NCBI GenBank assembly: GCA_002269645.1
Contig: NIVC01000013.1
Coordinates: 682,001-746,000 of the forward strand
Origin: Macrostomum lignano
Lineage: Eukaryota
Length of the DNA: 64,000 nt
Direction of reading: 5' to 3'
Within the stretch, counting starts at the first letter, position 1. Each line of letters begins with the position of its first letter. A model generated the notes under the pieces. The model had not been told where the DNA came from. It saw only the letters and a program-made list of their open reading frames with translations, and made no database searches. Positions 19,944 to 32,435 of this stretch are shown here, piece by piece. A program made the translations under genes and the position numbers.

Positions 19944-22900
19944 ATGTCTGGATTGGAAGTGGCCGCTTTCGGCGTGCTGTTCGTGTTTGTAGTTAGCAGC
20001 ATTGTCTATCTGCTGTTTAAACGCGCCCCTGGTCACAAAGAAGTTATGGGGGCTGCGTTGAGCTCCGGCGCTGCAGCTTCCAGCTCCAAGAAGGACGCTA
20101 ATAAAAAGAAAACCAATAAGAAAAAAAGAAGAAAAGAAAGAGAAAAGAGCTGCTGCGGCTCCTGCTGTTTCTTCAACGGACAAAAAATCAGAAGAAACTC
20201 CCATTATTGCAAAGACAGTTGCTTTCGTGGAGCCTCCGCAGCAGCAGCAGCCACCTCCGGCATCAAAGAAAGTCTCAGCCGCAGATAGTAGCAAAGCCGA
20301 TAAGAAGAGCAGCCAGCCAGCTTCGTCATCGGTATTGCGTCATCGTAAGCTGGCTGCGCCAAACACAGCTGCTGCTCCGGCTCCACCGCCAGAGCCCGTG
20401 AACTTGGCCGGCTTCACTCCGGTGGCCAGCAAGAAGAGTTTGAAAGCTCAGGCTCAGCAAAAAGCTCAGCACCAGGTGGAGGCTGACCAATCGAAACTAG
20501 CCAATGAAAAGCCTCAGGCTAATGAGAAACCTCAGCAACAGAAGCCTCAGGCTAATGAGAAACCTCAGCAACAAAAGCTTCAGGCTAATGAGAAGCCTCA
20601 GCAACAGAAGCTTCAGGCTAATGAGAAGCCTCAGCAACAGAAGCTTCAGGCTAATGAGAAACCTCAGCAACAGAAGCTTCAGGCTAATGAGAAGCCTCAG
20701 CAACAGAAGCTTCAGACTAATGAGAAGCCTCAGCAACATAAGCTTCAGGCTAATGAGAAGGCTCAGACTAACGCAAAGTCTCAGCCGCAGCAGCGTCAAG
20801 CCAAGCCGCAGGCTCAGCTAAAACCAACCGAAGTAGATTCGGATAGGCCAGCATCGCCAACCCAGGAGGCCCTGGCTCTGGTTAAACGGACCAGCGGCTG
20901 TCGAATCGACGCGCTGGTTGAAGCTCTCGGCGCCTGTCCAACTTCTAAGCTTGATGCCCTTCGCGCCGAACTCGAATCCACCCGCCGTAGACTAGCCGAG
21001 GCTAGCGTTCGCGTTGCCGCTGCCCAGTCTGAGGCCCAATCAGCTGGCCAGCTCAAGCAAGAGCTGCAAAGATTGCGCGCTTCTAGCCAGGGCGCCACCC
21101 TGATGCAGCAGGAATTCAGCAAGAAGATCGCCGAGTTGCGCTCCGCCGAGGCCGAGATCGCCCGCCTGAAGGAGGCCCTGGCGGCGGCTGTCAACGGCGA
21201 GGCCGTGACGCGGTCGGCCGCCGACGAGGCTCGTCGACGCACCGAAGGCGCCGCAGTTCGTGATGGCTACGAGGCGGCTGTTGAAGCTCGCGAGATGGAC
21301 GAACTGCGGAAGAAGAACGATGTAAGTGCTATGAGTTTGTGCCAGCCTCCCAGATCCTCAGTTGATGGGCCAGCCTCCCAGATCCTCAGTTGCTGGGCCA
21401 GCCTCCCAGATCCTCAGTTGCTGGGCCAGCCTCCCAGATCCTCAGTTGCTGGACCAGCCTCCCATATTCTCAGTTGCTGGGCCAGCCTCCCAGATCCTCA
21501 GTTGCTGGGCCAGCCTCCTAGAGTGTCAGTTGCTGGGCCAGCTTCCCAAATCCTCAGTTGCTGGGCCAGCTTCCCAAATCCTCAGTTGCTGGGCCAGCTT
21601 CCCAAATCCTCAGTTGCTGGGCCAGCTTCCCAAATCCTCAGTTGCTGGGCCAGCTTCCCAAATCCTCAGTTGCTGGGCCAGCCTCCCAGATGCTCAGTTG
21701 CTGTTCACCCTGCCTATGTAATAATTATTTGTGTTTCATTAATGACTAAATCTATCTCTAACTACTTAACATTGTCTTTAATAGCTTAGGCTAGAATTTA
21801 GCTTGTTCTTGTCGATACTGTTTCATCAGATACACAGAGGGCAATGTTCCTACCGAATTGTATCTTGGTATTATTCTTATCCCAGAGCCTGCAGTCGGAG
21901 CTGCAGAAGGCGACCAACAGGGCAGACGCAGCCCAATCGGAGGTGGCCCGCGAGCGCCGGAGTATGTCCGAGGTGCAGTCGAAACTGGCCGAAGCTGTCC
22001 AACGATTGGACGCCTCTAGCAAGGAGGTGTCGGCTCTGCAGACTGCTCTGGCACAGAAAGATGCCCAAGTGAAGCGGCTTGAGCAGCAACAGCAGCAGCA
22101 GCAGCAAGCTCCGAAGCGTCAACAGAGAAAATCATCGTCAAACAGCAACGACGAAGAGCTGGCAAATCTGCGAATTAAAAACAATGAGCTGCGCGAGAAG
22201 AATTGGAAATTAGTTGATGCGCTCAAGCAGGCCGAGGAGAGAGCGGATAATTACCGACGCGAGGCTGACAGTCGGAAGCAGCAACAGCAGCAGCAGCCGG
22301 CTGACAATGCCGTGGCAACTGTTGCTTTGGAAGAGCAGCGGGCTAAAAATAACGAATTGCGACAGAAGAACTGGGAGCTGGCGGACAGTTTGAGCGCTAA
22401 TGAGAAACGAGCCGAGCAGTTGTCTGGCGAGTTGGCCAAGTATAAATTGGCTCTTGAGTATTCGGAAGGTGTGCTTAAAAAACTAGAAGCCTCCGTTGAA
22501 GAAGAAGAGGCTCGTTGGAAATCCGCCCTGTGCGCTTCAGAAGCCGATGTTGAAAAGTACAAAGCCGCCCTGGCGTCCGCTGTTAGCGAGCTGCGTCGCT
22601 ACAGGGGGTCTTCAAATGATGTAAGCCCGGTTGCTTTTCTATTAATCTCCAAATGTTTAGAATTTCCCAAGTAAGAATGATTGCTTTATACACTCTCTGA
22701 TATCGATTTTTTTAGGATTTGACCGACCTGAATTTTGCCTATCATTGCGTTGAGAAGTCTCTGACTAACATTGTTGACGAGGTTTGTTCGCCTTCTCATT
22801 ATTAGAGCATCAATGTACTTTGTAGTGACTTTGAGATAACACTCTAGATTGTGGTGTGTGACTTTGAGATAACACTCTAGATTGTGGTGTGTGACTTTGA

Positions 22901-25900
22901 GATAACACTCTAGATTGTGGTGTGTGATTTTGAGATAGCACTCTAGATTGTAGTGTGCGACTTTAAGATAGCACTCTAGATTGTGGTGTGTGACTTTGAG
23001 ATAACACTCTAGATTGTGGTGTGTGACTTTGAGATAGCACTCTAGATTGTGGTGTGTGACTTTAAGATAGCACTCTAGATTTTGGTGTGTGACTTTGAGA
23101 TAGCACTCTAGATTGTGGTGTGACTTTGAGATAGCACTCTAGATTGTGGTGTGACTTTGAGATAGCACTCTAGATTGTGGTGTGACTTTGAGATAGCACT
23201 CTAGATTAGGTGCGACTTTGAATGGGTCAAAATTGCTTGAAATTCAACCTATTCTCTTATTCCAGATGGAACAAAAAGTAAAAGAAATGGAAGATAAACT
23301 TGGCAAAGTTTCGGCTGAAAGAGACAGTGCTAAACAGGTACGACCAGTGCACTTAATACTGAGGCGTAAAATATTGTATGCGAATTTCCTTATCGATAAA
23401 GTAAGCTTCATTTTTCAATGTCCGCAATTTTCTCAAGGCTGCCTCAAATGTGTCGGAGGTAATTAGCGTGCAGTGCTTTTTGTTGACAGACTTTTTTAAA
23501 GATTTACCGGTAATTATGAACTTAGTCGGTATATACTCGTTATTACCTTAAACTTAGCACCTGTTTTGCTTTGACATCAGTTTTATCAGTTTTTGGCTGT
23601 GAATTTAGCAGCGCACTGTTAAGTATAAAACCTTTGGAACTGGGCTCTTGTTGCATTTGCGAAGATTGATCAGCATTGCGTGTTGTTCTAAATTTACTTT
23701 ACCAGTGCTTGACTTTTGATCACCATTGCTTTTTGAAGGCTTGTTATGTGATTCATTGCCCATGAGGGCCAATCATCAAGGCGCAGATAGTGTTCATCCT
23801 GTGTTTCCTCCTAGCTTGCTGCGGCGGTACCCCACTATGGATTTTGACAAGTTAATTAGACTTCTTTAATTTAGGGAAATAAGCTGAGTATTACTTATCC
23901 TATATACCTATATTATACACTATACAGGCTCAAATTGTAGCGTAAGTCGAGTATCAATTTTTAAACTCTCTGTTCTGAAGTTTTTTTTAGGATTTTTACC
24001 GACCTGATTTTGCCTATCATTTTGAGAAGTTTGACTAACATTGTTGACGTTCTGTTCGCCTGTCTCATTTTAGAGCATCAAGTACTTTGTAGTGACTTTG
24101 AGTAACACTCTAGAGTGGTGTGTGACTTTGAGATAACACTCTAGATTGTGGTGATGTGTGTGACTTTGAGATAACACTCTAGATTGTGGTGTGTGATTTT
24201 GAGATAGCACTCTAGATTGTAGTGTGCGACTTTAAGATAGCACTCTAGATTGTGGTGTGTGACTTTGAGATAGCACTCTAGATTGTGGTGTGATTTTGAG
24301 ATAACACTCTAGATTGTGGTGTGTGATTTTGAGATAGCACTCTAGATTGTAGTGTGCGACTTTAAGATAGCACTCTAGATTGTGGTGTGTGACTTTGAGA
24401 TAACACTCTAGATTGTGGTGTGTGACTTTGAGATAACACTCTAGATTGTGGTGTGTGACTTTGAGATAGCACTCTAGATTGTGGTGTGTGACTTTAAGAT
24501 AGCACTCTAGATTTTGGTGTGTGACTTTGAGATAGCACTCTAGATTGTGGTGTGACTTTGAGATAGCACTCTAGATTGTGGTGTGACTTTGAGATAGCAC
24601 TCTAGATTGTGGTGTGACTTTGAGATAGCACTCTAGATTAGGTGCGACTTTGAATGGGTCAAAATTGCTTGAAATTCAACCTATTCTCTTATTCCAGATG
24701 GAACAAAAAGTAAAAGAAATGGAAGATAAACTTGGCAAAGTTTCGGCTGAAAGAGACAGTGCTAAACAGGTACGACCAGTGCACTTAATACTGAGGCGTA
24801 AAATATTGTATGCGAATTTCCTTATCGATAAAGTAAGCTTTATTTTTCAATGTCCGCAATTTTCTCAAGGCTGCCTCAAATGTGTCGGAGGTAATTAGCG
24901 TGCAGTGCTTTTTGTTGACAGACTTTTTTAAAGATTTACCGGTAATTATGAACTTAGTCGGTATATACTCGTTATTACCTTAAACTTAGCACCTGTTTTG
25001 CTTTGACATCAGTTTTATCAGTTTTTGGCTGTGAATTTAGCAGCGCACTGTTAAGTATAAAACCTTTGGAACTGGGCTCTTGTTGCATTTGCGAAGATTG
25101 ATCAGCATTGCGTGTTGTTCTAAATTTACTTTACCAGTGCTTGACTTTTGATCACCATTGCTTTTTGAAGGCTTGTTATGTGATTCATTGCCCATGAGGG
25201 CCAATCATCAAGGCGCAGATAGTGTTCATCCTGTGTTCTCCTCCTAGCTTGCTGCGGCGGTACCCCACTATGGATTTTGACAAGTTAATTAGACTTCTTT
25301 AATTTAGGGAAATAAGCTGAGTATTACTTATCCTATATACCTATATTATACACTATACAGGCTCAAATTGTAGCGTAAGTCGAGTATCAATTTTTAAACC
25401 TCTGTTCTGAAAGTTTTATGGTTTTTAAACCCTATTTGTAGTTTATTTTGTAGTTTGGCAATTCATTCTTAACGTCCCTCTGAATGTGTAAATAAATTTC
25501 TTTACAGATCCAAGCCAAGCTGCAGGGAGAGCTGAGTAGCGAAAAGCAGAGAGTGCAACAACTGGAGCAGAAAATGAAGCAGCAACAGGTAAGTGTAATT
25601 ATCTCGTCGATGGCGTGTACTGTTTGTTATACGGTAGCTTAGTTTATAAAAGATAGTAAATATGAACTTTTAAATTACAGAAGTACTAGGATAACACTTT
25701 TGTACTTTCCAAGTGAAAATGTACTTTTAAAGTACACACTTAAGTACATGTGTACTTTTGAAGTACACTTGTGCTTCTCGAATTCTACCGACATTCAGCA
25801 GTAAAAGTAAACTTTTAAGGTGCGCGAGTGCCATGATTTCTTGTCTATTTTGTACTTAAACGTGTTTACTTTAAAAGTAAAATTTCACTTTGAAAGTACA

Positions 25901-26827
25901 AATGTGTTATTCTAGTACTTCTGTAATTTAAAAGTTCATATTTACTCTACTGTATTAGTACATAAGTACTTTAAAAAGTGCAGATGCACCTGCAAGCATA
26001 CAAAGTTTTGTACACCCCTACTAATTTATTCTAGTCACAGCCGCAGCAAAATGGCCAAGCGTCTTCAACCGCGTCAACCGTCGCCGCCCCCGCCGCCCCC
26101 GCACCGGCCCCGTCCCCAGCCCGCGCGGCCGCCCTTTCGCCTCCCCCTGCAGCGTCTCGCAACTCCAGTCGCCAAGCCTCGGAATCGTCGGCGGTGGCGG
26201 CGGCCGCGCCTGTTTCAACTGCAGCAGTGTCGGCGGCGGCCGGAGTCTCTGTTGCGGACGTCAGCGGCGGCAGCAGCGGCAGTGTCGGGCCGACCAGCGG
26301 CGGTGTGAGTAGCATGAGTAGCTCTAATAGTCACTGTTCCACTGGCTCCAGTCTGTTGGCTTAATCCATTGTCTGCATCCATTTTTCTTTTAAAAGAGTT
26401 AGCTAGTCAGATCGGGGTTGCTGCACTTAAAGTAACTTTGTCCTTTTTTAAATTGCTTTTCAACAGCCTTTGGTCTTGGGTTAAACTAATAGAATCTGCT
26501 TACTTATTATTTGCTTCTAGAGATTACTTGCTGAGCAGACTGAACTTTTGTTGAGCCCCGTTTTTGTATTATTATAACTCTTGCCCATACATTTTATTTG
26601 CAATAAGTACTTTGCTCTTTAATAACTACTGTGCTAATTTCAGTTTGATATTATCTTCTTTTTTCTGTTGTCATTTTTTCTTTTCTTTATTGATTTTTGG
26701 CGTGTTTTATTTTATCGCTCTGTTTATACACGTATCTTTTTTTCGATATCAACATGTGCAATCAGATTGTTTCTGGTGTTTTATGGTTTCAGAAATTTTC
26801 TTTGACTTTTAATTAGATGCAGCCTCT

Positions 26828-26863
<36 letters not shown>

Positions 26864-26864
26864 C

Positions 26865-26902
<38 letters not shown>

Positions 26903-29900
26903 TGACTGAAGGCATGCGCTCTATTCTATCTATCTAAGAGCGGCAAACCATTACAATGCTATATTTCGGCAGCGGGTTGGGCAATAGTTCAATGATTTGA
27001 TATTCAGTCCTATCACATCCTGCATCGCAGCTTTCACTGTTCGTCACTTTTTCAGTATTCTATTGACATCTAGATACAACGTGTTTCAAAGTATTTATTT
27101 AAAACTTGATTTTTTGCGTAATTATCACTGACTTAATCAGGCGATTAGCAGGTAAAAGCTGGTATATTGGTTGAGCCCGGTCGCGTCCTCAATATTTTTG
27201 GCATTCCAAAAATAAAAAAATAGTTTTGCAATGCTGTTTGTGCGCAGTATCCACATTTTGTTGGATTACGCAATTCAACAGTCTTCAATTGTTTATTCCC
27301 TAATTACCTGAATGTTTCGCATTTGCAGGCAAGACGAGAGAGCACTAGCTCCAAGGATGAGACTGGTGCAGTGAGTATATTTGCATTATTTAGGCACGGA
27401 TCATTTCATAAACCTTGTCAGTATTTGGTGTAGTATGTTTGCTTTACTTGTCGAAACTGTCTCTGATTTCCTTAATTACCTTCAATATTTATATTGTGCT
27501 GGACTTATCTTCTAATTTCACTTCAAATATGGGTTTTTATTATTCACATACTGTTCGCTTAACTCTTGCCAGTTTTTGTGTCGGTCTGTCAGAATTTATG
27601 CAAGCTAGACTCTGTTCTTCAATCAATTTGAATTTGGCGATATTGATTTATCGGCTTAGAAAATTATTTTCCTAGTTTATGTTATGATTCTATACTTGAA
27701 TAAACCATTGAACCCTAGTGAACTGACCCATTGACCCAATGACCCAGGTGGATTGACCCATGGACCCAGATGGATTGACCCATTGACGAAATGACCCAGG
27801 TGGACTGACCCATTGACCCATTAACACAGGTGGATTGACCCATTGACCCAGGTGGATTAACCAAATGACCCAGGGTAATTGACCCAATGATCTAGGTTCC
27901 AGGTTGATTGACCCAGAAACCCAGCTGGACTGACTCAATGACCCTGTTGTATTGACTCAATGACTCAGGTTCCTGGATGATTGACCCAGGTTCCAGTGTG
28001 ATTGACCCAATGACCCACGTTCCAGGTGATTGACCCAGTGACCCAGGTTCCAGGTTGATTGACCCAGTGACCCAGGTTCCAGGGTGATAGACCCACTGAT
28101 CCAGTTGAATTGACCCATTGACCCATGATCCAACTTCGATTTATGAGTAAACAATCGCAAGCTCGTAGTTAAATTTTTGCAATCCTACTGATTACAAAGG
28201 CGGATGTACTCCAGGGTTCCTGTACGTTTGTCTTACTCTGATATATGCACTTAATTACTCTTAGTGTAGTTTCATTTAGTTAAAATCAATGTCTATCTGG
28301 CACATATTACATGTATTTAACATTCTATAAATGTTAATGTGATTACAACGATTTCTTCTCATACAGTTGAGTTGAATTCAGTATCAATGTGTTTCGTGTA
28401 ATCTTTGTTTCTGAGCTTGCACCAGAGCCTACCGTCTTCAGTGCTCAAAATCGCAACAGAGGAACAGTTCTGTGCGTTCACCCTTGTCGCGTGTGCTTCG
28501 TGTGAAATCGGAATTGCGCTCTTGTCTTGCTTTAGCGCGTGTGTAGTTATTATTAATTTGTGCGCTCACTTGGAGCTACGAGCTCGAATATATATATAGA
28601 TTACTGAGTTAACAGTTCACTGGGGTTCTTTGTTTTTGCTTTGGAAATATGAATACAAACTGATATAGATAGGCGGGCGGACTGGCAGACAGACAGACCG
28701 ACAAACACACAGAAGACAGACAGACAGACACACAGAAGACAGAATGACAGGCAGGCAGACAGACAGACAGACACACAGAAGACAGACAGACACACAGAAG
28801 ACAGACAGACACACAGAAGACAGAATGACAGGCAGGCAGACAGACAGACAGACACACAGAAGACAGAATGACAGGCAGGCAGACAGACAGACAGACAGAC
28901 ACACAGAAGACAGAATGACAGGCAGGCAGACAGACAGACAGACACACAGAAGACAGACAGACAGACACACAGAAGACAGAATGACAGGCAGGCAGACGGA
29001 CACACAGAAGACAGAATGACAGGCAGGCAGACAGACAGACAGACAGACACAGAAGACAGAATGACAGGCAGGCAGACAGACAGACAGACACACAGAAGAC
29101 AGACAGACAGACAGACAGATACACAGAAGACAGAAGACAGGCAGACAGACAGACAGACACACAGAAGACAGACAGACAGACACACAGAAGACAGACAGAC
29201 AGACACACAGAAGACAGAATGACAGGCAGGCAGACAGACAGACAGACACACAGAAGACAGAATGACAGGCAGACAGACAGACAGACAGACACACAGAAGA
29301 CAGAATGACAGGCAGGCAGACAGACAGATACACAGAAGACAGGCAGGCAGACAGACAGACAGACACACAGAAGACAGACAGACAGACACACAGAAGACAG
29401 AATGACAGGCAGGCAGACAGACAGACAGACACACAGAAGACAGAATGACAGGCAGGCAGACAGACAGACACACAGAAGACAGAATGACAGGCAGGCAGAC
29501 AGACAGACAGACACACAGAAGACAGACAGACAGACACACAGAAGACAGAATGACAGGCAGGCAGACAGACAGACACACAGAAGACAGAATGACAGGCAGG
29601 CAGACAGACAGAGGCGGCGGTAGACAGACAAACCAGGGGCTCTAAGACAGACAGGCAAACAGACAACACTAAGACAGAAAGGAGAATGAAATATGTTAGC
29701 TAAAATCTTCCAATGCCGAAAATTTACATGTAGGTAGCGATTAGAAATATCAAGTATTAAATTTTACTGCGAGTTCACCTCAGCCAATGTAAGTATACTT
29801 ACACTTACGCCTTTGATCTGTGATCTGTAAAACAGTTTGAAAATGCCCAACTGAAATTCAATTTTGACAAGTAAAGAATTGTTTTACTGCTTTTAATTTG

Positions 29901-30078
29901 TTTTAACTTTTCAGGCCCCCAAGAAGAAGAAAAAGGGTGTGCTGGGCTGTGAGTTCTTTGTTCATTGTCTTGCTAATTATTTTCTATTTTAATTTTAAAG
30001 TACATGCTGTTTTTTAATATATAATCGAAATTATTTTTTATTTCAGTGTTCAATAAAAACAAAGACAAGAGCAAATGA
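19944..30078 (+). CDS. RRBP1(p180)/kinectin-like ER membrane-anchored coiled-coil protein, 9 coding exons, ~902 aa after correcting one frameshift
   Basis: Exons 19944-21321, 21886-22620, 22716-22781, 23266-23337 (duplicate at 24698-24769), 25508-25588, 26035-26304, 27329-27370, 29915-29948, 30047-30078 (TGA). All junctions are GT-AG and phase-compatible. Layout: N-terminal hydrophobic helix (VAAFGVLFVFVVSSIVYLLF), Lys-rich segment, Pro/Ala segment, 11-aa repeats, long coiled coil, basic tail KKKKKGVLGLFNKNKDKSK. One extra A lies in the A7 run at 20121-20127. The family call rests on architecture only. Confidence 0.75.
20518..20748 (+). repeat. Coding 33-bp tandem repeat (7 x ANEKPQQQKLQ-like)
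   Basis: Units start at 20518, 20551, 20584, 20617, 20650, 20683 and 20716. Confidence 0.95.
21341..21700. repeat. 28-bp minisatellite GCTGGGCCAGCCTCCCAGATCCTCAGTT (intron 1)
   Basis: Visible tandem array; same unit as 31690-32435. Confidence 0.95.
22706..25411 (+). repeat. Tandem segmental duplication (~1.3 kb + ~1.4 kb) covering exon 3, a minisatellite, exon 4 and the following intron
   Basis: 23266-23337 is identical to 24698-24769 (offset 1432) and the downstream intron is nearly identical. The exon-3 copy at ~23990-24050 is indel-riddled. Confidence 0.9.
22825..23220. repeat. 31-33-bp minisatellite GTGACTTTGAGATA(A/G)CACTCTAGATTGTGGT(GT); second array at ~24090-24650
   Basis: Period 33 (22825, 22858), with 31-bp variants. 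Confidence 0.95.
25632..25952. mobile_element. Tc1/pogo-type MITE in intron 5
   Basis: TA flanks at 25630-25631 and 25953-25954; termini C(G/A)GTAG. ~95-bp inverted arms AGTAAATATGAACTTTTAAATTACAGAAGTACTAG...; the left arm has a ~17-bp insertion. Confidence 0.75.
26828..26902. repeat. (GATA)n microsatellite
   Basis: Direct reading. Confidence 0.97.
27705..28130. repeat. Degenerate 9-10-bp TTGACCCA(G/T) tandem repeat
   Basis: TGACCC recurs every 9-20 bp. Confidence 0.9.
28686..29630. repeat. Compound (GACA)n-derived minisatellite
   Basis: Recurrent CACACAGAAGACAGAATGACAGGCAGGCAGACAGACAG blocks. Confidence 0.95.
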
Positions 30079-30530
30079 ATGCCAAACTGGAAAACTTGAA
30101 CTGCAATACGTCTGTTACCATTGCGCAAACTTCTCTCTATCTTTTTCTCGAAGCAGCATGTTCATTTCGTAAGTGCAAGAGTCCCTGTCTACATCGTCTA
30201 TAAGTTTTTGTTTTCAATTCATGCTAAACTAAAAAAAATCAAAAACTCACTGGCGTTTTCTATAGTTATTATTGTTGATGTCAAGAATTTATTATAACGC
30301 AATATTGTTTGGGTTTGTTGTTTCACTTTTAATATAATTGTAGTGACGCTTGTTTTGATTATATATATATTCATTGTCTGGATATATTTATTGGGTGTCG
30401 GTCAACTTCACTCTCAGTTTTTTATTGGATGTGCTTTTTATTTTCTCCATCGTTTATGTACTTTAGGTGTTGCCATTTTGTGTGAATTAACCCATTTTCT
30501 CGTAATTTGACTTTTTAAAGATTTTTTATG

Positions 30531-30942
30531 AGACTGAAACTGTGTCTCAGCTTAGAAAACTTATAGTGACACTTTGAAACTGTGTCTCAGCTTAGAGATC
30601 TCATAGTGACACTTTGAAACTGTGTCTCAGCTTAGAGATCTCATAGTGACACTTTGAAACTGTGTCTCAGCTTAGAGATCTCATAGTGACACTTTGAAAC
30701 TGTGTCTCAGCTTAGAGATCTCATAGTGACACTTTGAAACTGTGTCTCAGCTTAGAGATCTCATAGTGACACTTTGAAACTTTGTCTCAGCTTAGAGATC
30801 TCATAGTGACACTTTGAAACTTTGTCTCAGCTTAGAGATCTCATAGTGACACTTTGAAACTGTCTCAGCTTAGAGATCTCATAGTGACACTTTGAAACTG
30901 TCTCAGCTTAGAGATCTCATAGTGACACTTTGAAACTGTGTC
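30531..30942. repeat. 40-bp minisatellite TTTGAAACTGTGTCTCAGCTTAGAGATCTCATAGTGACAC (~10 copies)
   Basis: Period 40 (ACTTTGAAAC at 30571, 30611, ...). Confidence 0.95.
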
Positions 30943-31689
30943 AAATGGTGATAATGCTGAGTGGAAAATATTCTTTGATATTTACTCTATCAGCCATCTT
31001 GTCTTTGGTGTTGTCCGCTATAGACAAAATAGAGACCCATTGGCTCCTCCAAAGTTATTAATTATTCATTATTTTCATGTCGCCATAGATTGCGCCTTTG
31101 TCTTTTACTTTTTTGTCGTCTGCTTGCCTTTTGTTTTTTGGACACAAAAAGCAGTTAGTAAGTTAAATTTGAATAATTTTTGAGCTAGCATTTTGAACCT
31201 ATTTGTTACATTAGTTACATCACAAGGTCAAATTACTCGTATATGAATTCGTGAAGCAATTTTTTTTACAACTTTGGTGCCAAATACCAGAAAGTTGATT
31301 GGACAAGGATTCTTTAGTATCTAACTAGTCAATTGAGTTATGAGCTGGTATTTTTGGCTAATAGGAAACCTGCTATGCAGGATTATTATTATTTTTTATA
31401 GAAGCAATTCAAGAGTTTGAAGAAGCCATATATTCGTTTAGTAGAAAAATTTTTCAATTTAGTTTTGTGTCAGCCGTGTTGGTTTGGTTTCGTCACTTCG
31501 CTGCCTTGCAACCCGCGCCAGCAAACAAATGTTTTCTGTTTAATGACAACAGAGTGATAATTTTGTATGTCTATTGAGCCGGAAGCGTCTCTCTCCTGTT
31601 TGGGTTGAACCGCTTTGAGTAATAGTAACTCCCTATCTTTAAGCATCTTCCCATGCCTTCTGCAGGGTACATAGGGTGCTTTGAATTTC

Positions 31690-32435
31690 TTCCTCCCAGA
31701 TCCTCAGTTGCAGCCTGGGACAGCCCCCAGATCCTCAGTTGCTGGGCCAGCCTCCCACATCCTCAGTTGCTGGGCCAGCCTCCCAGATCCTCAGTTGCTG
31801 GGCCAGCCTCCCACATCCTCAGTTGCTGGGCCAGCCTCCCAGATCCTCAGTTGCAGCCTGGGACAGCCCCCTGATCCTCAGTTGCTGGGCCAGCCTCCCA
31901 CATCCTCAGTTGCTGGGCCAGCCTCCCAGATCCTCAGTTGCTTGGCCAGCCTCGCAGATCCTCAGTTGCTGGGCCAGCCTCCCACATCCTCAGTTGCTGG
32001 GCCAGCCTCCCAGATCCTCAGTTGCTGGATCAGCCTCCCAGATGCTCAGTTGCGGGGCCAGCCTCCCAGATGCTCAGTTGCTTGGCCAGCCTCCCAGATG
32101 CTCAGTTGCGGGGCCAGCTTCCCAGATCCTCAGTTGCTGGACCAGCCTCCCAGATCCTCAGTTGCTGGGCCAGCCTCCCACATCCCCAGTTGCTGGGCCA
32201 GCCTCCCAGATCCTCAGTTGCTGGGCCAGCCTCCCAGATGCTCAGTTGCTGGGCCAGCCTCCCAGAGTGTCAGTTGCTGGGCCAGCCTCCCAGATCCTCA
32301 GTTGCTGGGCCAGCCTCCCAGATGCTCAGTTGCTGGGCCAGCCTCCCAGATCCTCAGTTGCTGGGCCAGCCTCCCAGATCCTCAGTTGCTGGACCAGCCT
32401 CCCAGATCCTCAGTTGCTGGGCCAGCCTCCCAGAT
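31690..32435. repeat. 28-bp minisatellite, same unit as the intron-1 array
   Basis: Tandem GCTGGGCCAGCCTCCCAGATCCTCAGTT. Confidence 0.95.

Noticed and set aside
21322-21789. C-terminal part of the 520-aa ORF 20227-21789
   Set aside because: It lies after a GTAAGT donor at 21322 and translates the intronic 28-bp minisatellite; the coiled coil resumes at 21886.
28601-29669. Long ORFs over repeats here and at 39536-40534, 41352-42505, 44266-44878, 45163-46966, 47253-47958, 51466-52031, 55732-56851 and 57204-57854
   Set aside because: They are translations of stop-free tandem repeats, open in several frames at once, mostly inside introns of spliced genes.
30531-30942. CRISPR-like array (also the 33-, 34- and 55-bp arrays)
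   Set aside because: Head-to-tail units with no unique spacers, no cas genes, and a eukaryotic context.
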